Below are positions 37,570 to 47,138 of a stretch of DNA of 64,000 nt, piece after piece; position 1 is the stretch's first letter; each line of letters begins with the position of its first letter. The position numbers were made by a program, and so were the translations under genes. The notes beneath the pieces are model-generated. The model was not told the origin of the DNA. It saw only the letters and a list, made by a program, of their open reading frames with translations, and searched no databases. The stretch covers positions 121,577 to 185,576 of the forward strand of contig CALRYF010000003.1 in NCBI GenBank assembly GCA_943372325.1. The letters are read 5' to 3'. The stretch comes from Polynucleobacter meluiroseus (GTDB lineage: Bacteria; Pseudomonadota; Gammaproteobacteria; Burkholderiales; Burkholderiaceae).

Positions 37570-40278
37570 TTGACTTTAAATATTAATAGAAGAGACTTTC
37601 TCAAATCTGGTCTTCATGCAGGCGCAGGTTTGATCTTGGTACGCTATATTGATTTCGCAAGTGCTACCGCTAGTTCTGGCGGATTAAAAGCTGGCCATGC
37701 ATCTGCATTTCATGATGCTAATGGAAACATTGCATCCCAGCGCTATGAAGGTGTTACCAAAGTCACTGGAGGCAAAATCTACGGAATTGATTTTCGCGCT
37801 AGAGATATGGAGGGCTGGCCGCTCATAGAGCGCCGCTCAGTCATCTTACGAACCCCTATTGCGAATAAGATATTTTCTAGAATTGATAAACAAAAAATTA
37901 TGCGTGAACTTGGAGTTTCACGCATTGTCACAGGGGATGATATTGCAGCGTGGGGATGTAAAGGAGGTCCACCGTTTTTGATGCCTGAATTTTATGTGCA
38001 ATCTAAAACGGTGCCTTACTATCTTGGTCAACCGCTAGCCTTATTAACATTTAACTCTACAGAAGAATTCTTGTTGGCTAAGGACAAAATTCCAACTTTG
38101 CCTTCCTTCTGCATATTTGGTCCCGATGCCTCACCAAAACAGAGGCCGCTGTATGGCACCAGTAGATTTGTTCGATATCTGAATGATGCTGGAGTGGAAG
38201 AGTATTCATTCTTAACGCCCGATGGTTTAGGGGCTAACAATAAAGATAGCGGTCAGTACATCAACAGAATGAAGCAGGATTTAGAAGGCGCTAATTGGCA
38301 TGTCTCTAAGGGTAGCTATGCTACTCAGTGTGTAGATCCGATGTTTATGGAACCTGAGTGCGGCCTCTCTTGGTACGAATCCGCATCTCAAACACTTCAC
38401 CTCACTCTGGGGACGCAATCCCCATACGACGATGGAGTGGCAATCCATGATTTTTTCCAAGACTCAAAAGCGCCAAAGATAAAGAAAATTATTATTAATT
38501 GCTGCTTTCTAGGGGGTGGATTTGGTGGGCGGGATAGCTCTGATTTCCCACTCCATTTGGCGCTCGCAGCCCTTTCGGAGCCTAATGTAAGCCATCGCAT
38601 TGTGCATACACGCCCTGATCAGTTTCAGGGTGGGATTAAACGTCATCCGGCGGCAATGGATATTTCCCTTGCTGTGGATACCTCTGGTCGCTTTCAGATG
38701 CTGCATACCGATATTAAGTTTGATGGTGGCGGTCAAAATAATTACAGCTTTGTAGTCCAGAGTGTGGGGGCTAGGAATGCTGGCGGAATATACCAATTTC
38801 AGCGTTCTTGGGTGGATGCGGTTGCGAATCCTTCTTCTGCTATTCCGTCGGGATCGATGAGGGGGTATGGAACACTTCAGGCTGCATTTGGTCTTGAATG
38901 TTTAATTGATCAAGTTGCTTCATCAATTAACGTTGATCCGATCGAATTACGAAAAAAGAATGTTGCAAAAGCATATCAGCCTATTCAATCGGGTGTTCAA
39001 TTGGTCGATGACGCGCATGCCTCAGAATTGCTAGATGCGGCCAAGAATTGTTCATTGTGGCGCAATCGAAAGATAAATAAGGCTCAACGCTCAAATGTTA
39101 AAACGCTTTATGGCACAGGGTTTGCATTTGGTGCAAAAACATTCGGCAAGGGTGATGATGCTTGCTTAGCTGGACTATTGCTAGATCCAAAAGGGCAATT
39201 GTTATTGCTAACTAACGGTGTGGATATGGGAAATGGCTCGGCAACAACTTTGCCACTTTCCGTAAAAACAGTTTTAGGGCGGGCTGCTGATAGCGTCCAG
39301 ATTGGCGCTACCACTCAATTTGATGCACTCAATATCTACGACAAAATCGTGAAGAATGAGTCAGAACAGAAAAAAATGGCGCAAGATCCCAATTGGGTTC
39401 CACTAGTCTCCATGTCCACTGCAGCAAGTACATCAGCGTATGAATTAAGACACTCAGTATTGGAGGCTGCAAAAGTATTGCTACAGTTCGGTCTATGGCC
39501 GGCTGCTGCATCAATATTAAAATTAAATGCCTCTGAATCTATATACGACCCAAAAAGAATAGCCTTTAATGATTCTGGGCTTATATATAGAAATGGTACC
39601 CAGATTAAATTTAAGGATTTGACTGACAGGGCCTATGAGCTTGGCTTGGTCACTGGTGTTATGGTCCATGCGTTTTATCGCACGCGTTGGGCAACTGCAA
39701 GCTTTCCTCTCAATGGAAGTACCTATAAATCACAAATTGATGCGCTAGCTATTCGTAAAGGAGCGGGGAGCTTTAATCCTATCTTGCGAACTGCTGTGGA
39801 TTTCCCCTCTTGGGACTTGATTGCATTGAACGCGAATCGCATGTCTTGTTATGCTGCAGTTGTTGCTGTTGAGGTTGCAAAAGATTCTGGGGAAGTCAAA
39901 GTAGTAGATGCGCAAACTTTCCTGGAGTGTGGTCCACCTATTTCTCGGCAAATTGTAGAGGGGCAGATGGAGGGTGCTTTTGCAATGGGTATTGGACAGA
40001 CTTTAAAAGAGGGCTTCCCCACTTCAATTGCTGAAGGTCCAGGTGCCGGCGGATGGAATCTTCATTTTTACCATGTTGCTTTAGCGCGAGATTGTGCGGT
40101 TGGACGTGCGCAATTTAACATCATGGAATCCCCGGAAAATGAAGATCCCAAGGGGATGTCAGAGGTAGTCTTAAATCCAATTCCATCAGCTATTGCGAAT
40201 GCCATAGCTGATGCGACAGGTAAACGTTTCAACTCATTACCAATAACTCCAGAGGTAATTAAGGCGGCGATCTTATGA
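37570..40278 (+). CDS. molybdopterin-dependent hydroxylase large subunit (xanthine dehydrogenase/aldehyde oxidase family), Tat-exported
   Basis: It has a twin-arginine signal (NRRDFLKSGLHAGAG), then GGGFGGR and MRGYGTLQ motifs, and is 902 aa long. Confidence 0.8.
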   Translation: MTLNINRRDFLKSGLHAGAGLILVRYIDFASATASSGGLKAGHASAFHDANGNIASQRYEGVTKVTGGKIYGIDFRARDMEGWPLIERRSVILRTPIANKIFSRIDKQKIMRELGVSRIVTGDDIAAWGCKGGPPFLMPEFYVQSKTVPYYLGQPLALLTFNSTEEFLLAKDKIPTLPSFCIFGPDASPKQRPLYGTSRFVRYLNDAGVEEYSFLTPDGLGANNKDSGQYINRMKQDLEGANWHVSKGSYATQCVDPMFMEPECGLSWYESASQTLHLTLGTQSPYDDGVAIHDFFQDSKAPKIKKIIINCCFLGGGFGGRDSSDFPLHLALAALSEPNVSHRIVHTRPDQFQGGIKRHPAAMDISLAVDTSGRFQMLHTDIKFDGGGQNNYSFVVQSVGARNAGGIYQFQRSWVDAVANPSSAIPSGSMRGYGTLQAAFGLECLIDQVASSINVDPIELRKKNVAKAYQPIQSGVQLVDDAHASELLDAAKNCSLWRNRKINKAQRSNVKTLYGTGFAFGAKTFGKGDDACLAGLLLDPKGQLLLLTNGVDMGNGSATTLPLSVKTVLGRAADSVQIGATTQFDALNIYDKIVKNESEQKKMAQDPNWVPLVSMSTAASTSAYELRHSVLEAAKVLLQFGLWPAAASILKLNASESIYDPKRIAFNDSGLIYRNGTQIKFKDLTDRAYELGLVTGVMVHAFYRTRWATASFPLNGSTYKSQIDALAIRKGAGSFNPILRTAVDFPSWDLIALNANRMSCYAAVVAVEVAKDSGEVKVVDAQTFLECGPPISRQIVEGQMEGAFAMGIGQTLKEGFPTSIAEGPGAGGWNLHFYHVALARDCAVGRAQFNIMESPENEDPKGMSEVVLNPIPSAIANAIADATGKRFNSLPITPEVIKAAIL

Positions 40279-40799
40279 TTCAAAAGCAAACTATTTCGTT
40301 AATGGTAAATGGCTCAGTCATTAGCAAGGATGTCATTCCCGGAATCTCTTTGGCGGATTTCCTGCATGAAGATCTTAATTTAACGGGCACTAAGGTAACT
40401 TGTGCGCTGGGTATCTGCAAGGCATGTACGGTTGCCATTAAGCCGATTGGCTCCGATCAATTGTCTAGGGCCCAGGCATGTATTACTCCTGTTACCAGTC
40501 TTTCTGGATTTCAGGTTTTAACAGTCGAAGGCTTGGCAAATGAGCCATTATTTCAACCCCTGCAATCGGCCTTCTTAAAGCACTTTTCTTTTCAGTGTGG
40601 ATATTGCGCCCCCGGTTTTTTAATGGGAGCTTCATTGCTCATACAGCAATTGAAGGCCAATCCAGTAAAAATGGAAGCCGTTGATAATGCTATTTCTGAA
40701 GGGTTGGGAGATCATATTTGTCGATGCACGGGTTATGTTCGCTACTATGCAGCCATTAAGGAGGTTATTTTAGATACACCCGGCTTAATTGATGGCTAA
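40275..40799 (+). CDS. [2Fe-2S]-binding small subunit of the molybdenum hydroxylase
   Basis: Its cysteine motifs are CALGICKACTV, QCGYCAPGF and CRCTGY. It overlaps the large-subunit stop by 4 nt. Confidence 0.85.
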   Translation: MIQKQTISLMVNGSVISKDVIPGISLADFLHEDLNLTGTKVTCALGICKACTVAIKPIGSDQLSRAQACITPVTSLSGFQVLTVEGLANEPLFQPLQSAFLKHFSFQCGYCAPGFLMGASLLIQQLKANPVKMEAVDNAISEGLGDHICRCTGYVRYYAAIKEVILDTPGLIDG

Positions 40800-41739
40800 A
40801 TTATTTTCTCAAAAAGGGTTAGTTTATTTATCTATTGGATTAACTCTTTTTTCAATATCTACGCTAGCCCTGGCAGATGATTGGAGTGATTTCTATATTG
40901 GGTATCGCTATGGTAAAAACTTTTCCGACCCTTACCAAGGTAATGCAATCCCTAAAAATATTTTGAACTTTGCCTATACAGGAAGTTATCGCTATGGCAC
41001 GAACTACTTCAATATAGACCTGTTAAAATCAACCAGCGGCGACCCTGAGATTGGAAGCACTCAGGGCGCAACCGAAGCATATGCGGTATATCGAAATGTT
41101 GTCTATGCGAGCAAGGTCTTTGATGCCCAGTACCAATATGGTTGGGTTCGAGATATTGGTGCTACGGCTGGATTTGACTGGAACACCAAGAACAACGCTT
41201 ACCAGTCAGAAAAGAGAATGCTGGTGATTGGCCCTACTGTAATGTTTGATGTGCCCGGCTTTTTAAATGCCAGTATTTTTGCCTTATGGGAAAGTAATCA
41301 CCCGAGTAATTGTGCTTACGCCAATAATTTGCCCGCAAGTACCTGTAATCCAAGCACTGCATTACCTAATGGCAGGTATCAATACAAAACCCACCCTTCA
41401 TTGAATGTGGTGTGGGGAATTCCACTGGAGCTTGGCTCAGCACGGTTTAATTTCAAAGGTTTTATGGACTATATTGCGAGTAAGGGAAATTTGGAAAGTG
41501 GTAATCCCTCAGCTCCTGAGACACATATTAATGTAATGATGATGTACGATATGAGCTCATGGTGGGGCGTCAAGAACAACACGCTCCAAATTGGCCTTCA
41601 GTATGAGTACTGGATGAATAAGTTTGGTAATTACAACAGTGGGAGCGCTGGAAATCCCGCTTACAGCTCTCCCACACCAAACTCACCGAATGGCGCCTTT
41701 GCAAGCACTCCAGCCATTCGTTTTGAATTCCATTTCTAG
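40789..41739 (+). CDS. outer-membrane beta-barrel channel (tentatively Tsx/OmpK-like)
   Basis: It has a signal peptide (...STLALA), an aromatic-rich alternating pattern and a terminal F. It overlaps the 2Fe-2S gene by 11 nt. The family assignment is tentative. Confidence 0.45.
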   Translation: MMAKLFSQKGLVYLSIGLTLFSISTLALADDWSDFYIGYRYGKNFSDPYQGNAIPKNILNFAYTGSYRYGTNYFNIDLLKSTSGDPEIGSTQGATEAYAVYRNVVYASKVFDAQYQYGWVRDIGATAGFDWNTKNNAYQSEKRMLVIGPTVMFDVPGFLNASIFALWESNHPSNCAYANNLPASTCNPSTALPNGRYQYKTHPSLNVVWGIPLELGSARFNFKGFMDYIASKGNLESGNPSAPETHINVMMMYDMSSWWGVKNNTLQIGLQYEYWMNKFGNYNSGSAGNPAYSSPTPNSPNGAFASTPAIRFEFHF

Positions 41740-41743
41740 GAAT

Positions 41744-42826
41744 TTATTTCAAGTCATCCAATGTTTTGGGTCCTGGACCAGGGGTGATTAGTGCAGGCCA
41801 CTGACGAGAGCCAAATGGTACTAATGGCGGTAGGAAGGGCTCCTTACCTCGTTTTTTCATCTCTGCAATAATTGCTTTGCGAGCATCACCACCCATCAAT
41901 TCATAATCCATGATGCGATCATTTCCGTAGAAGAGTTGTCCTGCAGTACGGTCAGAAATGATGCGGGTGACTGATGTCAGCAGCTCTTCCGGTGTGGTGG
42001 TAAATGAAATCGTTTCAATCAAAAACAATCGATCATTAATTGCTTTAGGACCGAAGTATTGGGCTAGGACGCTAAATAAAATATTATTTTGACGCGCAAC
42101 ATAAATCGTATTGCTAGCTGCATAAGCTTTTTCCCAATCTGGACCCAGTTCACTCTTCCATTTATCGAGCACGCCCATCCAATGGTTAACCTGCGTCTGT
42201 GCAGCCCAAGAGATAATGAGTTTTAAATTCGGGCTCTGTTTTTTACCAAATGCCTCCAGGTCTGCCGAAGTAATTTCATTTTTCTCCAGGCATTGGGTCA
42301 TAAATTGAATATTGACTGTAAGGAGTGTGCGTACCGTTTCTTTCCATGATGGGTTCATGGAAACTTCATTAAGGCCATCTAAAGCCTTTTGCATCTCATT
42401 TTTATAATTGCTTAATGGGGCACGCCAGCTTGTATCCCCTTTTTTGTTTGCAAATGGCAGAATCACTTGAGAAATCGCCATTGTGCTATGGCCAGTAGAT
42501 TTTAGAAGTTGATATACCAATGGGACAGAGGGCGCCTCCTCGGGGGATTTATTAGGGCGGTACAGAATCATCTTGCCGCCTGCTCCAGAAAACAGAGAAA
42601 GAATAATGGGATGGTTTCCGAGCAACTCTCTCTGAAAGATCACCTGGGCATTGTCGTAGAGGGTAAACATTCCCGTATTAAGAGCCAATAAATTCTTTTC
42701 GGCTGGTGTTTCTTGTGGTGCAGTCAGTTTCTTATTAGTCGCTTCTAAAGGCGCAGCATTCAACGTGCTTGTAGCTATTAGCGTGAGGCTTACTAGACTA
42801 AATATCAGTCGATGGATCTTAATCAA
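41744..42826 (-). CDS. secreted protein of unknown function (360 aa)
   Basis: It has a signal peptide (LIFSLVSLTLIATSTLNA) and a TTG start preceded by an AAGGA Shine-Dalgarno. Confidence 0.5.
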   Translation of the reverse strand: MIKIHRLIFSLVSLTLIATSTLNAAPLEATNKKLTAPQETPAEKNLLALNTGMFTLYDNAQVIFQRELLGNHPIILSLFSGAGGKMILYRPNKSPEEAPSVPLVYQLLKSTGHSTMAISQVILPFANKKGDTSWRAPLSNYKNEMQKALDGLNEVSMNPSWKETVRTLLTVNIQFMTQCLEKNEITSADLEAFGKKQSPNLKLIISWAAQTQVNHWMGVLDKWKSELGPDWEKAYAASNTIYVARQNNILFSVLAQYFGPKAINDRLFLIETISFTTTPEELLTSVTRIISDRTAGQLFYGNDRIMDYELMGGDARKAIIAEMKKRGKEPFLPPLVPFGSRQWPALITPGPGPKTLDDLK

Positions 42827-43129
42827 GGTATTTATCCTTATGAGGGTTTAGGGTGCTTACTTCAGGCTTTTAATGTAACTTAAGTAATTTTATTGCCCTA
42901 TTGAATTAGGCGGCAATGAAATCAATATACATTTAAGCATTTGTCAGAATCAGGTAGGCGAGTAGTAGAAAACCCTTAGTGTTGACCATCATTAGGTCTA
43001 AATATTTCATTCTTTCCCCTGCTGCGTGCATAGATGGAGGCGTCCACGCATTAATCTGATTTTAAAATTCCACCTTCAACCTAATTTAATATGATATTTA
43101 AATTGCCATTATTTAAGGAGCTTATAGGT

Positions 43130-44305
43130 ATGAACCAGACGTCGCGTCGTCATTTTTTGAAGACCTCTGCAATGGGTGTCGCAGCTATTGCAAGTCATGA
43201 AACTTTAGCTGCTACTCCAGAAGTGAGAAAGCTTACGCCTCCAAACTTAGATGATGCCTATTTAGGGCAAAGAATTTTGTGCTATCGACCTATGCGCCAT
43301 GGTTCACCCAATCTCAGTGTAGAGAATGTAAATGGAAAGGTAGTTGCGCACAACTATGGTCATGGTGGTAGCGGCTGGACATTAGGCCCTGGATCAGCAA
43401 GCTATGTTAATTCTCTTCTCATCAACTCTAAGTATGCCGAAGAGTTATCAAATAAATCAGTTCCGATTGCCATTATTGGCGCAGGCGTTATTGGACTATT
43501 TACGGCGTATGATTTAAATAAACGAGGCTATAACAACATTACGATTTACGCGGATCGCGTAGATTCTTTAACTTCCCATAATGCAGGGGGCTTATTGGCT
43601 CCCGTATCTATGGATAATGCTCCAGGTATGCAGGCTACTATTGATCAAATAGGCGTAGACGCATATCGTTTTTATGACGGCATTGCTAAAAATAAAAATG
43701 CCGACTTTAAAGCTGGGGCTTTGATCGTTCCAGCCTATTTCAATGATCGAGAAGATTCGGGTTTAGAGCCCTATGTAGGGAAGGTAATGCAACCAGCAAA
43801 AGAGGTGGTACTGGATTTCGGTAATGGCACAACGCGTCAAATGGTGGTTTATGACGATGGTATTTATATGGATACCGCCACGCTGATGGGTGAGCTCCAT
43901 AAATATATGAAGGCACACAATATTGCGATTGTGAAGAGAAAAATCAATTCATTTGCTGATTTACAGCAAAAATATATCTTCAATTGCAGTGGCTTAGGAT
44001 CTTCTCAGCTGGCTAATGATGCTGACGTAACACCAGTGCAGGGGCATTTGATTATGCTCAAGAATCAAGTCCCTAAAAATATGAATTACATGATCTTGGT
44101 GTACTTTGGCGAAGGTAAAACAGAGGCCAATCAGAAAGTGAAGCGATCTTTTTATATTTTCCCGAAGCGTTTAGCAAATTCAAGAGCTCAAGATATTGGT
44201 GTCGTAGGAGGCACCTTTGTTGAAGGTGGCAACCCCAATACACCCAATCTAAAAGAATTTGAAACAGTCATTAAAGGTGCTAAGCAGTTTTATGGCGTTA
44301 GCTAG
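43130..44305 (+). CDS. Tat-exported FAD oxidase, D-amino-acid-oxidase (DAO) family, apparently circularly permuted
   Basis: An AAGGAG Shine-Dalgarno precedes the ATG at 43130, and the Tat motif is SRRHFLK. HNYGHGGSGWTLGPG lies N-terminal to the Rossmann motif IAIIGAGVIGLFTAYDL. Confidence 0.7.
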   Translation: MNQTSRRHFLKTSAMGVAAIASHETLAATPEVRKLTPPNLDDAYLGQRILCYRPMRHGSPNLSVENVNGKVVAHNYGHGGSGWTLGPGSASYVNSLLINSKYAEELSNKSVPIAIIGAGVIGLFTAYDLNKRGYNNITIYADRVDSLTSHNAGGLLAPVSMDNAPGMQATIDQIGVDAYRFYDGIAKNKNADFKAGALIVPAYFNDREDSGLEPYVGKVMQPAKEVVLDFGNGTTRQMVVYDDGIYMDTATLMGELHKYMKAHNIAIVKRKINSFADLQQKYIFNCSGLGSSQLANDADVTPVQGHLIMLKNQVPKNMNYMILVYFGEGKTEANQKVKRSFYIFPKRLANSRAQDIGVVGGTFVEGGNPNTPNLKEFETVIKGAKQFYGVS

Positions 44306-44323
44306 GCTAAGCCATTACAGAAA

Positions 44324-44662
44324 TCATGGTTCAGCGATGACTTGTGCACCGCATTCCCCATCTTCGCTGACCATGACTATAAATGCCCGTTGATAGCGCT
44401 TAGCAAGATGCTCGCCTAATGCTCTAGCCATCATTTCGCAGGACTGATTGCCTCTTTCTGGCTCGGTAAAGAAGGCCTTAGATTCATCTAATAGATCATG
44501 GAATTCGATTTCACGATCATCGTTGTTTACAAAACATTTCGCCTCTACTCCAAAAAGATGGCGATGGCGTGCGGCCAGATAGGAGCGATGTGCGGGAGCA
44601 CCTTCCCAACGATGAAAACCAGCGAAGGTAAATCGAATAAAAATTTCTGCTTTATTGGACAT
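44324..44662 (-). CDS. hypothetical protein (112 aa)
   Basis: The ORF is open, and its His-rich segment (FHRWEGAPAHRSYLAARHRHLF) is faintly reminiscent of the PTPS/QueD fold. That resemblance is not established. Confidence 0.35.
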   Translation of the reverse strand: MSNKAEIFIRFTFAGFHRWEGAPAHRSYLAARHRHLFGVEAKCFVNNDDREIEFHDLLDESKAFFTEPERGNQSCEMMARALGEHLAKRYQRAFIVMVSEDGECGAQVIAEP

Positions 44663-44746
44663 GGTTTTGTTTAATGGGACTAAGGTTGGTTGGCTTGAGG
44701 GTATGTATTAATGAGATCAAGAAATATATAACTTACATCGTTATGC

Positions 44747-45193
44747 TTATTTCCACCGTTTCTCAAGTATTTCGGCTGTAATAGAAATGGATAGACTTGA
44801 AATTGGGTAGAGAATGAATAGCAACTCCGGGATGAGTTTACTGAGCCAGTATGCGCAGATCGTAACTGTTAAAAGGGCGCCATAGAGAATTACACATATT
44901 AAGGTGCGGATACCTTTGTCAAAATTCTTAAAGTTTAGGCTAAGCCACAGTTTTGAGGAGAGGGTTAATGTTCCAACTTGAGCAAACGCCAAAATGGCTC
45001 CATGCAGTGGGCTTGTCTTAGATACATCAATGACTGTTTCATGAAACCAGGTGGTTGCTAAGCAGGAGCCGATAAAAATGCCTGCCATAAGCCGGCTATA
45101 GCCAACTTTCCCTATTTTTCCAGGTGTGAATAGGATTATGGAGAGGCAGGCCAGAATCCAGAGAATAAATAAGAGGTCATTACTGGAGGGCAT
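44747..45193 (-). CDS. integral membrane protein (148 aa)
   Basis: It has four predicted TM helices and no recognised motif. Confidence 0.45.
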   Translation of the reverse strand: MPSSNDLLFILWILACLSIILFTPGKIGKVGYSRLMAGIFIGSCLATTWFHETVIDVSKTSPLHGAILAFAQVGTLTLSSKLWLSLNFKNFDKGIRTLICVILYGALLTVTICAYWLSKLIPELLFILYPISSLSISITAEILEKRWK

Positions 45194-45285
45194 GTGAGGG
45201 AGGTGGAACCGGAGGTTATTCCTGTATAAAATGAAACAATACTAAACTTTATACCAATCCCTAATTTCTTTATAGATTGCGACGG

Positions 45286-47133
45286 ATGCTTTCCTTGAAC
45301 ACGAATTTCTATCGATTCTCTTTATTAAGCCTTTCGATTTTCATATCGGCATGTTCGGGGGGCGGTTCAGATAGTTCATCTGGCTTAGCGCCAGTCGTGC
45401 AAATTTCTACAGGCAGTGTGCAAGGAGTGGTGCGAACTTATAGTCCTCCAGCAGCAACTGGTGGAATTGCATCGGGATCTACATATAGCGTATATGAGTA
45501 TCGCGGAATTCCCTATGCCTTGGCACCAACAGGTACTCGCCGTTGGGCATTACCTGAGCCGGTCACCTCATTAGGTTCGGGAGTATTTCAAGCATACAAC
45601 TTTGGTCCAGCATGCCCTCAGCAAGCGCGCTTCAGTTTAACGGAAGCAAGTGAGAATGAAGACTGCTTGAGTATTAACGTCAGCATGCCCGCCGGTACAA
45701 AGGCAACGGACAATTTGCCTGTGTTTGTTTGGATACATGGTGGTGCATTTATTGGTGGATCTTCTAGCCTTTATCGTTTAGATAAATTAGCGGCAGAAGG
45801 AAGGATGGTGGTTGTTTCCATGAATTACCGCCTTGGTGCTCTGGGCTTCATGCCTAATGCAGCATTTGAAGTGAGCAATTCATCCGGAACTTTCAATGGT
45901 AACTATGGCCTTGAAGATCAACGTCTAGCCATGAAATGGGTACAGAACAACATTTCGGCGTTTGGCGGGGATAAGACAAATGTCACCATTGCAGGGGAGT
46001 CTGCTGGAGCTGGATCAGTCTGTATGCATCTCTCTGCGCCATCACAAGTAAACGGCTTATTTAAGAAGGCCATCACGCAGAGCGCAGGTTGTATGGCGCT
46101 TTTGCCGACGGTCACTCAGGCTCAAGCTACAGGCAAGGCTAGTGCAAGCATTCAAGCAGGTTTAGGCTGCCCAACAAATGCGCAAACATTAAGTTGTATG
46201 CGCAGCAAAACAGTAAGCGAAATATTGGAACAGCAGGGAGCATATACCGAAGCAAATCCACAAGACATCACCTCTTTTTCTCCAGTCACGGGAGATCCAG
46301 CCGCATCTCCAGCATTGGTGAATACAACTGTGCCATCATCATTTAAATATGCTGCTACTAATAACTTATTAGTGACCGTGCCGATGATGATGGGCGGCAC
46401 AAAAGAAGAGTTGGGCTTATATGTTGGTTACTACTGGCAGGCTTCTCAAGCTGGGGGGACTCCCATTAATAATTCAACAATTAATGGTTGGCTTGAAACT
46501 TTTTATCCGGGCCCCGTATCCAATGCCAGCTACTATTCCTCTCAGATTATGAGTAATGTAGGCTATGCGTCTGGATTAACTTCTAGCGATTCAAACGTAG
46601 TTGCACAAACATTTGGTCAGGTGTTATCAGATTACAACCCTGCCGTAGGTATTAATAATTGCCTCTATTTGCAGACTTCTAATGTCATGCTCAACTATGT
46701 AAGTCGCAATCCTTCGGTAACAGCACCTATTTATCAATTTGAATTTGATGACCCGGCTGCCCCAGTATGTAAGGTGGGTATTGCTGAGCCTTGCCCCCCA
46801 TACAACATGGGCGCAGTGCATTCTTCTGAGTTGAATTACCTGTTTCCAAATCTATCGAATACAGCAGCGATTAATGCGCCAGATCTAGCGCCAGCCTCCC
46901 AAGGTTTGGCTAATCAGATGGTGGCTTATTGGGCTAAGTTCGCTTATACAGGCAATCCCAACATGTCTAGCTTGCCTGCATGGCCACTTTATAGCGGTCA
47001 ACAATCTTCCAGCGTGATGCTGCTTAAGCCAGGAGCTGTTGCTCCTTATAATTCCGATGAGGCGCATCAATGCACTGCTTTTTGGGCCCCTAGCAATATG
47101 TATGATCTGAGGAATGCGCCGCCATTTAACTAA
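45286..47133 (+). CDS. lipoprotein, type-B carboxylesterase/lipase family
   Basis: The lipobox is FISAC followed by SGGGSDSSSG. It has YRGIPYA, EDCLSINV and VWIHGGAF, plus the nucleophile elbow GESAGAGS. Confidence 0.88.
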   Translation: MLSLNTNFYRFSLLSLSIFISACSGGGSDSSSGLAPVVQISTGSVQGVVRTYSPPAATGGIASGSTYSVYEYRGIPYALAPTGTRRWALPEPVTSLGSGVFQAYNFGPACPQQARFSLTEASENEDCLSINVSMPAGTKATDNLPVFVWIHGGAFIGGSSSLYRLDKLAAEGRMVVVSMNYRLGALGFMPNAAFEVSNSSGTFNGNYGLEDQRLAMKWVQNNISAFGGDKTNVTIAGESAGAGSVCMHLSAPSQVNGLFKKAITQSAGCMALLPTVTQAQATGKASASIQAGLGCPTNAQTLSCMRSKTVSEILEQQGAYTEANPQDITSFSPVTGDPAASPALVNTTVPSSFKYAATNNLLVTVPMMMGGTKEELGLYVGYYWQASQAGGTPINNSTINGWLETFYPGPVSNASYYSSQIMSNVGYASGLTSSDSNVVAQTFGQVLSDYNPAVGINNCLYLQTSNVMLNYVSRNPSVTAPIYQFEFDDPAAPVCKVGIAEPCPPYNMGAVHSSELNYLFPNLSNTAAINAPDLAPASQGLANQMVAYWAKFAYTGNPNMSSLPAWPLYSGQQSSSVMLLKPGAVAPYNSDEAHQCTAFWAPSNMYDLRNAPPFN

Positions 47134-47138
47134 GTGAT

